A stretch of DNA of 63,938 nucleotides, counting the filler, from Choristocarpus tenellus KU-1152 (Eukaryota; Protista; Phaeophyceae), in the NCBI GenBank assembly GCA_964200185.2. It is 11 parts of 11 records of this genome, joined end to end, with 100 filler letters (N's around TTAATTAATTAA, not from the genome) between each part and the next. Parts side by side here need not be neighbours in the genome. Positions count along the whole stretch, not along the records: positions 46,373 to 54,795 come from CAXNAD020004729.1; positions 54,896 to 60,846 come from CAXNAD020009333.1; positions 60,947 to 63,938 come from CAXNAD020023079.1; 8 more parts are not named here. One strand, 5' to 3'. The notes under the pieces are model-generated. The model did not search any database, had not been told where the DNA came from, and saw only the letters and a list, made by a program, of their open reading frames with translations. The number at the start of each line of letters is the position of its first letter. Position 1 is the first letter of the stretch. A program made the translations under genes and the position numbers. This document shows, piece by piece, positions 52,009-63,848 of this stretch.

Positions 52009-52199
52009 TCATCACTATCAATTTGAAAGTACCTACCTACCAGCCGTTTCGAGATAATTGTTCTGAGCATCACCCTACAGTACTTCAAAAGAATCAAGCA
52101 ATAACCAGTGTTAGTGTTTTGTTTTGTGGTGAGGTTGAGACCTCGTTGAAGACGACGCAGTATTGAGGCAGTCAGTCTCATTCTGGTTGAGATTCAGAC

Positions 52200-53788
52200 A
52201 TGGCGAATGCCAAGGATTATGTTTCGGTGGGCCCGGCGTCGCTCAACCTCGCCGATATGGTAGACAGGGTGGCCGACCCCGCTGCTGGGGCCATCTCGAC
52301 ATTCTCAGGCACAACAAGGGACCACCACAATGGTATGAGAGATAGCCCGATATATTACCTTCAATATATGTACCATTGCGCAAATTTCGAGACGACGAGT
52401 TACAAACAATGTGGGATATGCAGGAGTATCTTTGCGTCTGGCCATCCTTAACTCCTCATAAAGCCTTTCAGAAATGAAGAAGGGAAGAAATGGTAGTTGG
52501 TACCGTTATTTCTTTCTCGTGCTCTACATTTAGCCTCTGGTCGTTCTCCATACTCCGTAACGTCTTACTCAAATTGGGCAGGCAAGAAGGTGCTACGACT
52601 GGAGTACGAGGGGTACATTCCGATGGCGGAACGAGAGCTGAAGAAAATCTGCTCACAGGTAGGAAAATATATAGCATCACTTCTGTCCTGTTACCGTGTC
52701 GCTATCGTGCATTGTTTTTGTGGTGTACCTACCACGTAGTGCCACAGAAAGAGTCCTAATGATGTTTTTGTTTTCCATGGACACACCGTGAGGTCCCACA
52801 GAGGTCTCTTCTCCTCTTTCAATGTGGGAGGCAGTCGTCGCCGTACAGTGCATCGATTACTGTCCCACCCTACCCCCTTACTTGAGAAATGGACCATACA
52901 CAAAGTAGATTAATGCCAGCTTCCCTTGCGTTCATGGACTCAATCCTCTTGAATGCAGGCACGGGAGAGGTGGGAACTGGTAAAGGTGGCAGTGGCCCAC
53001 AAGCTGGGGGTGACTGCTGTGGGAGAGGCTAGTGTTATCATTGCTGTTTCATCTGTCCACCGAAAGGATTCATTAGAAGCTGTGCATTACATTATCGACA
53101 CCCTCAAGGCTACAGTTCCTGTTTGGAAACTGGTAAGCAGAATCATGTGCAAGTTGGTCGCCCCACTTAATAGATGCACCCCCCAACCATTATCAACAGC
53201 AAGTCCATCCCTAACACCTTACTGGCACATGATATTTCCAATGGTATATGCCCACATCCCACAAGTGTTGATAGAATAAAGTTGAGCAGTTCCTCTAAGG
53301 AGGGCATTGTTTGTGCAAGGAGGTTGATATGATTGGAGTGAGGAGTAACAGTACTTGCTCGCCCTGATACCTTGTTATGATGGTTGCTGAGGACGCATTT
53401 CCTTTCCCTCCAAAGACATATAGTTCACCATGCAAGCCGCTCTTGCCAGCTCACCCGCCTTCATATATGATGCTATGCACGTTGACGTTGAAATGCTCAA
53501 GTTTTCAACTGGCCCACTTTATACCGTTTCCATAGTCCTCTGACCCCATCTTCTGGTGATGCTTGTATCGGTCTCATACAGGAGGTCTATGAGGGTGACA
53601 GCAGGGTATGGAAAGAGAATGCAGAGTGGAACGGGTCAGGTTGCTGCAGGAAAATGGTACCAGTAGAGGAGGAGGTTAGTACAGGATATGAGGGAGGAAA
53701 TGTTGGAGGGGGAGGTGAAGGATGCAAGTCTGAAGGCAAGGGCCATCATGGCGATCATCACGGACACTCCCACACATCTGGGAAGTGA
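52200..53788 (+). CDS. MOCS2B: Molybdopterin synthase catalytic subunit (MoaE/MOCS2B), complete; exons 52200-52332, 52582-52658, 52959-53132, 53582-53788 (196 aa)
   Basis: GAISTFSGTTRD, KVLRLEYEGYIPMA, VAHKLG..VGEASVIIAVSSVHR..LEAVHYIIDTLKATVPVWKLEVY..WKEN; all introns GT-AG with consistent phases. Confidence 0.97.
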
Positions 53789-55781
53789 TCAATAGCCAGG
53801 TTGACTTGCTTCCACTATTTTGGAGGGATTTGTAGATATTTTCGTTGTTGCACTGAAGTATAGGATGTGATAAATCAGGTTTTGGTACAAGTACCTAAGT
53901 TTTACTTGGAAAATGTGAACGTGTGTTTGGTTACCAAATCAACGGTACAGTTTGTATAATTACTTTATCTACCCTTGTCTTCTTGCACACAATAGAATAT
54001 TGGCAGGGGTACGAGCAAATGGTCTTTGATCATTTTTGTATTGTAGTTTTTTAACACCATTTTGAGGACGCATTCCAGTTGTGGCTCTTGTAACCCCCAA
54101 TTTCCCTTCTTGTTGAGTGTGTAGGAGAGATGTGCCATCTAATATGAATGACCCTTACGGATAACCATATAAAAAAACTCATTGTAGTTTTCGCCTTCTT
54201 TGAGTCCTCTTCACAAGGTATTTGATACCCTGGATGGTAGGAAGTATCATTGTTGTGTCTTTGTTTGGAAATGTTTTCAAGACTATGTTGATGGCGTCAT
54301 TCCAACACAAAGGCTATATAGCTCTCCAACTCCCCTTTAATTTGGAGTAAGAAGTGGTCGCTGCATATCCTATTTGCTTCATAGTTTTACACTGTCATAT
54401 TGGCACGCTCTGCATCCCCCACAGTGGACAGACCTCTCTTTGTTCTCAAATGTTTCGGTTAACATGCAGTGACCTATTTGCAGTAGTGTTGGCTCAAAAG
54501 GGATTTCGTTAGGTAGATTGAATTGATGTGTGCATGCAGCACACAAAGTAAGGTGTGCCAAGTGCCAAGCACTGTGAGGTGGTGAGGTGAAGAAAAGTTG
54601 AGCACCGTGAGGATGTTGGAAGTCACATAACTTGTGTAATCGTTATAGAACAATCGACTAATCAAAATATATATATATATACAAACCTATATATTTCAAT
54701 GTTTTTTTTTATATGAAAACAAATCAGGACGATTGAATTGTCCCTATTCACAGCATTAATTTTCAGGCCAATGGATAGGATGATACAGGGGTGGGNNNNN
54801 NNNNNNNNNNNNNNNNNNNNNNNNNNNNNNNNNNNNNNNTTAATTAATTAANNNNNNNNNNNNNNNNNNNNNNNNNNNNNNNNNNNNNNNNNNNNAGCGT
54901 TTTTGGTGTATTTGTACACTTCGGTTTGGGGGGGAGGGCAGGGGGGTGGGGTGGGGTGGGGTGGGTAGGATTGCTTGTCTTCGGGACGGTATTGCTTGTG
55001 ATACACTGATTTGTTTGCTGATGAGGGTATGGGATGTGGGTTGGGGGTGTGGAGGTTACTGTGCACAGTTCCTCTTGTGTGTGTGTGTGTGTGTGTGTGT
55101 GCTTTTTTTGTTTTTGTTTTGTGTCTGAATCTGTGATTTTGAAACGAATTCAATCGATCACTCAACCCAATCCCTAACTCTACGCTCGGTTTTCTATCAT
55201 ATTAGGCATTTCTACTTCCTGCTACCTTTTTGTTGTTTTTGTTGTTGTCCAAGCTCAAGCAATAAAATCTATGTAAAGTTTGGCAACTCTCTGCGGGGAA
55301 AGTTTTATTATAATTTTCATCCAGCCATCCCCATCGTTAGGAGGTCCATGAAGAGGTTCTTGTCAAAGTGTAAGCTTTATATATACATATATGTATACGT
55401 AACATATATGTATACATAACACATACATACATGTAGATACATATACATATATATGTATATTTATATTTATATTTCCCCATCTAATGCGGTCATGCTGTTC
55501 TTATCGAGAATACTTGACTTTTTGAAATGTTTTGGCAAGGCAACACAGGCGTTCCGAAATTTAAATTCAAATTCAAATTCAAATTCAGGATGGCAACATT
55601 TCGTTCGCGCAAAAAATATAAAAAGGGCAGTATTTTGATGCATACCATACATACATCGTCATATTTATTTATATTTATTTATTTATTTTTTTTAATATTT
55701 TTTTGTTACTGGTAGTGACGGGGTTTGTTCGCGGTGGAGCCAAACGCGTTCGGATTCTTGGTTCAATTTGAGACATTTCAG

Positions 55782-56545
55782 GGTCCTGGTTGTGGACGCC
55801 CCTCTCTGGTCCCTTCCTGGGTTGGTATACTTGTTTTTTTGTTGTTTTTGTTGTTTTTGTTGTTGTTACGGGACTGATATGTACTGTGGTCTCTTGATGG
55901 CAAGTACGAAAGAGAAGGAACATTTTTTAAAACGGAATAAAGAAATACATGTACATGCTTATGTGTGTATGTATGTATGTATGTATGTATGTATGTATGT
56001 ATGTATGTATGTATGTATGTATGTATGTATGTGGAAATGGTTTTGTCCTTGCATTCAATAATGTACACTAAACCCAATAATCACCGGTGTTTTGCCACGC
56101 ATTTAAAAAATAAAATAATCTCGACACTGTGCTTTGCATGCTGCATCCAATCTGCTGCCGACAACAAAGAATCAGGGTTAGGGTTAGGGTTAGGTTTAGG
56201 TTTAGGGTATGAGCCCTAACCCTAGTTCTTTTAGCTCAACGACCACAAGATATCCTCGCAAGGTTGGGGTACAATCTCCAGCTCTGGTTGTAAACAAAAA
56301 ACAAAAACGAAAAACCTCCTGGAGGCTCTTGAAAAGCTGGTTAGGGCCCAAAAACCCTAACCCCAACCCTAACCCTATCCCTAACCCTAATTCTCAATTA
56401 GATACCCGCCCCCCTCCTCCTAGAAAACAACAACTCAAAAAACAGAACAAACCTATCCTCTTGACCTCGTATCCAGTACTCAATCAACTGCCAGTTTCCC
56501 CCACGTGGTTTATCAAGATATCGATTCAGAGTTATTCTGTACAGA

Positions 56546-56576
<31 letters not shown>

Positions 56577-59352
56577 CTCTCTTTGTGTCTCTCTCTGTAC
56601 ATGCGTGTGTTAAAGAACAAATATATATATATTGTTTTTTCCTCTCTGTGCATCTCTATCTCTCTCTGTATTGTGTTGTATTGTATCTCCTTACACTATT
56701 TTTTATTTTTTTGATGATCGCCGGCCGCTTCGTTCTCTTTATTTTAATTTATTTTATTTTATCTTATTTTATCTTATTTTATTTTATTTTATGTACTGTG
56801 GGTACAGGAGGTGTCCTTAACGGCAAGGGCTGTCCGGAACCTGCCCTGGTCCTCCGATTTGTGGTGCAGACGCCTCCGTGCTCTGGAAAGGGTAGCTGTG
56901 GAGGGAGCGAGAGCAGCTGTGGGAAATGATCTTGGAGAGGAGGAGGGGGGCGATCTTGCCAGGAACGGGCGTGGAGGAGATGATGATGTCATTCGAAGGG
57001 TTTGGTTGCAGGCAATGTCGAGTGCCTTGCCTTCCCCTGATGACTACATTAAGGTGGGTGGGGGTAGTCAGCTTTGGGATCAATTGCTTTGAGGCATTGC
57101 TGCTCTGTAAAGAAATAAAAAAGAACGGGTCATCGAACGGAACATCTCCGTATGTTTGTTCGATGAAGGTGTCGGGGGTCCGGGTACTTTGATCCTTGTC
57201 TGCGCTGCTGATGGTTTTTTTTTTTTGCCTTTGCCTTTGCCTTTGCCTGTCCCTCCGTGTCGGCGATAATCGATGTAATAATAATGTACTAAAAAAAATA
57301 ATGTAGGAGCATCGAAAGGTTGATAGTCAGAAAAAAAATAATGTAATGTACTGGAATGTGGGTATTTTGACGACATCTACACGGTGTGTATGCGTGTAGG
57401 TACGCAGAGGGATTTCCATGTACATTGGAAGGCGTTCTTTGTAGATGAGGCCTAAAGAGAGGTTTATATACAGGGATTTCCATGTACATTGGAAGCACTC
57501 TTTGCAGAAAAGGGCCTAAAAAGATCCGTTTTTTCTGTACAGCAAGCCCACACCCGACATCTTTGCATCTGAGGGGCAGGAAAAAGTAATTCGTGGATAG
57601 GATCTATCTATCCATCCGCTACTACTTCTCATTTGAAGCAAAACATCTTACTCCCAAGCATTTGTTTTTTTTAAAAAGTTTTTTTTTTCATCATTTTTAT
57701 TATTTCACCCTCCATCCATCCATCCATCCATCCATCCATCCATCCAGCTCCTTCCTGAAGAGTTGATTTTTAAAAATTGCAGGTCAAGTATCAAACGAGC
57801 CGTTCTTGTCTTCCCAAAAAATAATTCTTCTAAAATTTGTAATAAAATATTCAATTTGACCCTTTATCCTCAATCTAATAAGGTTCTCCATATATATATA
57901 TATAATCTTTAATTTTCTTTCAATAGCAAACATAATAATGATGATAATAATAATAATAATAATAATAATTATTGTTATTATTGTTGTTGCTGTAAAGTGT
58001 TCACCCAACCCTAACCCTCTAACTCTAACCCCAATATATAAAAAATGAAGGTCCTCTTAGCTTTCTGTGACTGTCAAAGGAGAAGTCTCCTCAGGGCAGG
58101 GGAAGCCTACGCCTTCGCCAGAAAACATAGAGCAAACAACGATGGTAGCGGTGCTGGTAGCGGTGCTGGTAGCGGTGCTGGTAGCGGTGGTGCTTCCGAG
58201 GAGCGTGTTTGTGCTACTGGAGTGAAAGAGGCGTTGGCTAGGGTGCGGTCAGCTTTTGAAGAGGCGGAGGCGTTTGTGGAGAAGGTAGGTGGGACACATT
58301 GGGGGGGGTAGGTAGAGAGTGGGGGAGAGGGGATTGTTGTACATTGTTGTGAGTGGAATGTGTGTTGGTGTTTTGCAGGGAGGACCTGTCTTGATGCTAC
58401 AATACTGTAGTATATATAAATGAGTGTTGTGGAATGGAAGGTGAGAGTTTTTTTTTCCCAGGATGGATCTCTAACAAGTTGGGGGGCGGTGGGGAGGGGG
58501 GGGGAAAGGAGGGGAAGGTGCCTTGTGTCAATGATATGAGCTCTAAGGATGTAGTAAGAAACATGCAATTCATAACAATCCTTAGTCCCAAACCTTAGCC
58601 CTAACCCTGATTATTTACTGGCCTATCATGTATTATTGAAACTTTCTGTTTGATTGTTGCATGAATACTTTGAACATAAATAATTTAAGAACATAAATAC
58701 TTAGAACATAAATACTCTTAGAACATGAATACTCGTAGAACATAAATACTTTTAGAGCATAAATACTTTGAAAATAAATACTTTGAACATAAATACTTTT
58801 AGAACATAAATACTTTGAAAATAAATACTTAGAACATAAATACTTTTAGAACATAAATACATTGAAAATAAATACTTAGAACATAAATACTTTTAGAACA
58901 TAAATACTTTGAAAATAAATACTTCGAACATAAATACTTCGAACATAAATACTTTTAGAACATAAATAATTTTAGAACATAAATACTTTGAAAATAAATA
59001 CTTAGAACATAAATACTTTTAGAACATAAATACGTATGTTTTTTGTTGGGAAGGGATCGAGGGGGAGGAGTAGAGTTAGTTTGATCCTCCTGTGCTACTT
59101 TTTGTGTTACGTTTTTGTAGTCTGACTAGATTGAAGTTGCCTCATGTTACGGTTCAACAGTGAAGAGATGGTGGTACCTGCTGTGGTGTGTGTCCGTTCT
59201 TGTCTCGACTCCCCTTGCGTCATGTGTTTGTTCAGAACTACCCAGTTTGGGTAGAGGGATGGATGTCGGTAGTCCAGTACAGCATCAAGGTGGAGGATGA
59301 AGTGGTCGACGACCTGGTAGATCTTCCTGTTGAGGGCATTGGCACCTCCCAG
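55782..59352 (+). CDS. SART3: SART3/Prp24-like HAT-repeat U4/U6 recycling factor, internal exons 55782-55824 (tentative), 56808-57053, 58051-58284, 59236-59352
   Basis: ARAVRNLPWSSDLWCRRLRALER...VWLQAMSSALPSPDDYIK|VLLAFCDCQRR...LARVRSAFEEA matches SART3 RAVRNCPW..LW..Y..A.ER / DY..IW..YLDYLRR / LR.AF..A. Phase-0 junctions. Confidence 0.8.
55966..56032. repeat. (TATG)n microsatellite
   Basis: About 16 units of gtat. Confidence 0.95.
56174..56390. repeat. Interstitial telomere-type repeats (TTAGGG)n and (CCCTAA)n within an intron
   Basis: agggttagggttagggttaggtttaggtttaggg at 56174-56207; ccctaaccctag at ~56214; aaccctaaccccaaccctaaccctatccctaaccctaa at ~56353-56390. Confidence 0.9.
57408..57520 (+). 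repeat. ~64-bp tandem duplication
   Basis: agggatttccatgtacattggaag...ggcctaaa occurs twice. Confidence 0.85.
58660..59033 (+). repeat. Intronic minisatellite with 14-16-bp units (AGAACATAAATACTTT / GAAAATAAATACTT), ~25 copies
   Basis: Directly visible tandem array with alternating variants. Confidence 0.97.
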
Positions 59353-60218
59353 GTGTGTGATACTACTATCTATTACTATTATTATTATTATTGTTATTTT
59401 ATTATCATTGCTTTATTATTATTGTTATAATTTATTGTTAATATTATTGTTATAATTTATTATTATTTTATTGTTACAATTACTTTATTATTGTTATTTT
59501 ATTGTTATTTTCACTATTATTATTGTTATTATTGTTCTGAAAATACTAATTGTTATGGCTATTATGATAATGATAGTAATAATAACAATAACTTATTCTA
59601 CTGTGTACTACCTCCGTCCAGGTCTTCTAGGTACAATTTGGACCACAATACGCTATTTTTGTATACATAACACAAACTATGTATGAGTGGATTTGTGCTC
59701 TGTAGGGGTTGCGTGATAATTGAACACTCCATGCATGTCTCCTTACATTGCAAACAAGCAGTCATGGTCTTTTGATAATGAAACGGTCTAACTAATCAAA
59801 ACTCTTTTTTTTTTGTATGTAAGTTGAAGAAAAGATTATTACACTGGGCACCACACACGGTCTTGATACAAAAAAATTGAAATTAATAAAAAAAAATGAT
59901 CGTTGCATTTTTGTTCTGACACTACTTCTTTCTCAACAAGAACACAAAGTTTTCTTACCCGACAGGCGTTGCTGTTTGGGTTGCTGTCGGGTGGTGAAAT
60001 TCCCCGACGTTTAGGGCGTTGCTGTGGGTAGAGTCCCTTTTCCTCCATGAGCCTGTTTTATCGCCCTAATGTGTATAGATCAACGGTACCCTTTGGTCTT
60101 CTGAGTGGGGGGGAGGGGATACAGCACATTTTTTGGGGGGGAGTGGTTTTTGAATGACGATGCCAGCAGCATGGTCGGAGTCAGAGTAGTAGTAGTAGGC
60201 GTAGTAGGCGTGGGCGAG

Positions 60219-60281
60219 AGAATGCCTTTCTTTTATAGAATGCCTTTCTTTTATAGAATGCCTTTCTTTTATAGAATGCCT
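60219..60281 (+). repeat. 18-bp tandem repeat AGAATGCCTTTCTTTTAT x3.5
   Basis: Perfect copies. Confidence 0.95.
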
Positions 60282-60546
60282 GGGTGTAGGTTGTGGCTGA
60301 CTGCCCCTACCTCTCAGTGAAAGTTAGATTCATCGTATATTTTTTGGGTTGCTGTCTGTCTGGGACAGGATCTCTGGGGGATGGGAAGGCGTGTGTGTGT
60401 GTTACCGGTGTGTTCTAAACAAGTTTATTATTTTCACTGACCTCGATCGTATTATTTTTTTGGAATGGTGTATGTGTGTAGAGTGTATGTTATTATTATT
60501 ATTATTATTTTGTGTAATTAGGCGTGACTGAGGTTGAAATGGTGCA

Positions 60547-60584
60547 TAGGGTTAGGGTTAGGGTTAGGGTTAGGGCTAGGGCTA
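60547..60584. repeat. Interstitial (TTAGGG)n tract
   Basis: tagggttagggttagggttagggttagggctagggcta. Confidence 0.95.
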
Positions 60585-61866
60585 CCAGGACGCTTTGGCA
60601 AGGTATGTCTGGGTGGTTGTAGATATTGTAGGAACCACATATTATGTACTATGTATGATGATACATGGTATTGCAATTGGTTTGATGTCCGTCAGCTATG
60701 ATTATCGTTTATGTGCCCCCATGTGTCCCCCTCATTTCAATCATCATACATAACTCTACATCGTCCTTTCCATACAGTCCCCCTTCCTCCTGTCCCTCCT
60801 CCCTCCCCCCCCCCCACCAACACGCAAGTCAGCCTCTCGTCTTTTGNNNNNNNNNNNNNNNNNNNNNNNNNNNNNNNNNNNNNNNNNNNNTTAATTAATT
60901 AANNNNNNNNNNNNNNNNNNNNNNNNNNNNNNNNNNNNNNNNNNNNGTGGATGAGCAGGAAGTCACTCCGTGGAAAGGTATGCCCCCCCCCCCCAGTTTG
61001 TCTTTGTTGTTGTTATACTCTACATGTGGGTGGGTGAACATACACGGTGAATTGATCCACAAAGTCTCCTCCTCGGGCTGCAGGCATTTTCAGAGCTGTA
61101 ATTTTGGTATTGTGGTTGGTTGTCAAGAGGGGTGTATATATCCTCTGCTGCTCTTGAGTAGAAGCATGAGGATATATCCGCTGCCTTTTGAGTTCTCTTG
61201 ATGTGATATTAAATATCTCTTGATTCCTCAAATCGAATCAGTGGGAATTATCGCAGTGTTCAACACAGCATGTCGCCTTTCAAACGCTATACCAATTGCC
61301 TCCTTCAACTACCATGTATAGTTTTGGATTCAGGGGGTGCACTTCCATCCTCTTACTTCTGACCGGTGCTTGCTATCGATTGTTGCAATTTGATTCAGGT
61401 ATTCGTTCACCTTGCCCTAACCCTAACCCAGCATTCCCAGTACCCATGAGCTGCCTCACTCGGGAATTATCCTCCTTGCCTCTCCCTAACCCTTACCTGC
61501 ATGCCCCCCCACTCCTCTGCCTCTCCCTTGGTCGAATCTGTTGTTATTATTATTCCTGCTTAGTTTCATCAGTGAGTTACATCTTGTATTTTCCTCTATG
61601 TAGGAGATGTGCTCGCCCGTTACATGTTCCGAGTGGCTTCAATAATGTTTTTGTGTTTGTTTGTTTGTTTTCGGCAATGTGAGCGAAACGCGCAAGGTGG
61701 ACCGCGAACAGCCTCTATACGCTCCTTTTTTTTGTGATAAATTAAAAAATTCTGCAAACACTACATGTCTGTTTGAAGAATTTATTTTCGATTGTGTACT
61801 TCGAAGGGTATTTCTTGCAGGGATCAAGCCGCCGTCTAGCAATGTTTCTCTGTGCCGCGCGCCAGG

Positions 61867-62199
61867 TCTTTTGCCTATCTGTGGAAGTAACCTTGATATG
61901 CAAAAGCAAGAAAGTCAGAGTGGAGAAGGGTGAGATACCCGCCTGCCTCGTTGTAACACCAGGATTGCTCTACGCCCTTTTTTTTCTTTAATCTTCCTCT
62001 TGAATCTAGTGAATCTAGTGTTCTGATAGTTGCTCTGCTCACATGTGCTCCCTACTCTTCTGTGATTTGTTTGTTTGGGGGGGGTCCTTTCATCACCATA
62101 GGTGAATTTGAGGAGTATCGGGAAGACCTCTTGAGGAAACTGGAGGAGAAACTGGAGGCACAAGAGGCTGCCAGGGTTGCAAAGACCTCTGGCACATAG
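61867..62199 (+). CDS. Possible terminal exons of an ABCF-like protein (61867?-61929 and 62102-62199)
   Basis: AAGG|gtgaga donor and catag|GT acceptor give ..LICKSKKVRVEKGEFEEYREDLLRKLEEKLEAQEAARVAKTSGT*. This recalls the ABCF C-terminal W....V....GDFEDYK..L pattern; no ABC core motif seen. Confidence 0.3.
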
Positions 62200-63848
62200 C
62201 ATGGCCACTGATGTTGTCTTTGTTATAGGACCATGGAGCTCTGCTGTCATCCGAGTGAATGCCAAAATTCTCGAGGTTTATATGGACTGTGGTTAGATAG
62301 GCTTGAGCAGGAGGCAACATTAGTAGACAAATTCCAGGCTATGCCAAATTGTCGACTGAATTTTTTATCTCCATGTTAGTGTCAAAGCAATGTCTGGTCC
62401 CATTGAATCATTTCGAGCATGTAAGTGTGTGTGTGTGTGTGTATGCAGTACTGTCTTTGCATGCATATTATGAGGATTGTGAGTTCTACGTGTTTCTTGA
62501 TAATGTTATAGGAAAGTGGTAAGAAACTCATGTGTTGACAACATAGTGGAAGTGCAAAGTTCATCTTGAGTTTTGTTTTTAGTTTCTGTGTTTTTTATAG
62601 CAAGATATGTTGTCGGTGTCACTATGGTTTAGCAGTGCTTACGAATTTGCCTAACTTCTGTTTTGTGTAAATGGTGATGTTGCGACCAGGACAGTCTGTA
62701 AGGTTTAGGAAAGGGCATGTCATGTGGTGTCACAAGGCATTGCTTGGTACATAGTGAGAAAGTCTGGTGGCAAGCCTTACTGCAGAGAGATTGGAAAGAG
62801 TTGCCTGCAATGGAGTACTGCTTCAGTGGCGAGTTACCTCAACTCAATGGGACAATATAGCAGCCTCAGTTCTAAAAAAGACAGTTGAATATATAAATAC
62901 TTAACCACTTCATTGATTATTATGTGCTTTCAAGTATAAGAATCTTTTGAATTGAGAGTGACTCATTGAAACCCGGATTCAGGTCTCCTAGAAACTTAAT
63001 TTTTGGGGCCATCCAGTTTTGTGGGAGGAAACAAGATTGGGTTTTTGTGATGGGTGGTGTAGTTTGCTGTTGATGGGGAGCTTGTTGAAATGAGGTTCAC
63101 TCTGATGCTGTCTCATGTGAGCATGCATTTTGTTACCATTTTAAGGCGTGTACCTAACCCAGCCAGCACCAATGTTGATCCTGTTTGAATTTATTGTCAT
63201 AACCCCACATGTTGTGCGTTAACGTGCGTTAATTTGTATGCCACTACATACAATAACGATGCACACCTATTCTGATTATTTCCTGTGCTTGCTCTTTTTC
63301 TCCCCCCCTCTTCTTCTAGTTTTGTTTTTGTGGTAGTCAACAGCATTACTCTCAATTAGTTATTGCCGACAATGTTCACTTCATAATCATTGTATTGTGT
63401 AGTAGTGGTTAGTAGCAGCGGAGACGTTTTGAATAACTGATTGATGATGAATATTTTGAGCAAAATGATGTAACTGTAATTCTGCAGTTGGTGTAGAAAA
63501 CGATGGCAACAAGAAGGGCAACATCGAGTTAGCAAGGAAAAACCAGTAGGTGCAGTACTAGTAGCATTAGTACTGATTGGCTGTAATATTGAAGGGATGC
63601 ACAAGGTCAAACCACTCGCTGTCGGTTGTGCTGATGATAGAACATGATAGCAATAAGAACAACGAACATATCCTCACAGCCTACTATGCCCGTATGCCAA
63701 CAAAAATTCAAATGTGTAAACCAGCAACAACATTCTGAGGTAGCCCACAGGATGGAGGAAAGAAAAATATTGAATACAGAAGGCCCACTAATAGTAGTAA
63801 TCACTATGTTAAAACACAACGAACAGCCAATTTCAAAAAATGAGGATG

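Noticed and set aside
52010-52199. Upstream MOCS2A (MoaD) ORF as in bicistronic animal MOCS2
   Set aside because: No ORF ending in a Gly-Gly motif is evident upstream of or overlapping the MOCS2B start.
58660-59033. CRISPR-like appearance of the tandem array
   Set aside because: Units are contiguous with no unique spacers; it lies in a eukaryotic intron with no cas genes.
3739-60946. Regularly recurring TTAATTAATTAA palindromes flanked by Ns
   Set aside because: Artificial contig-joining linker, not biology. ORFs crossing it are artefacts.
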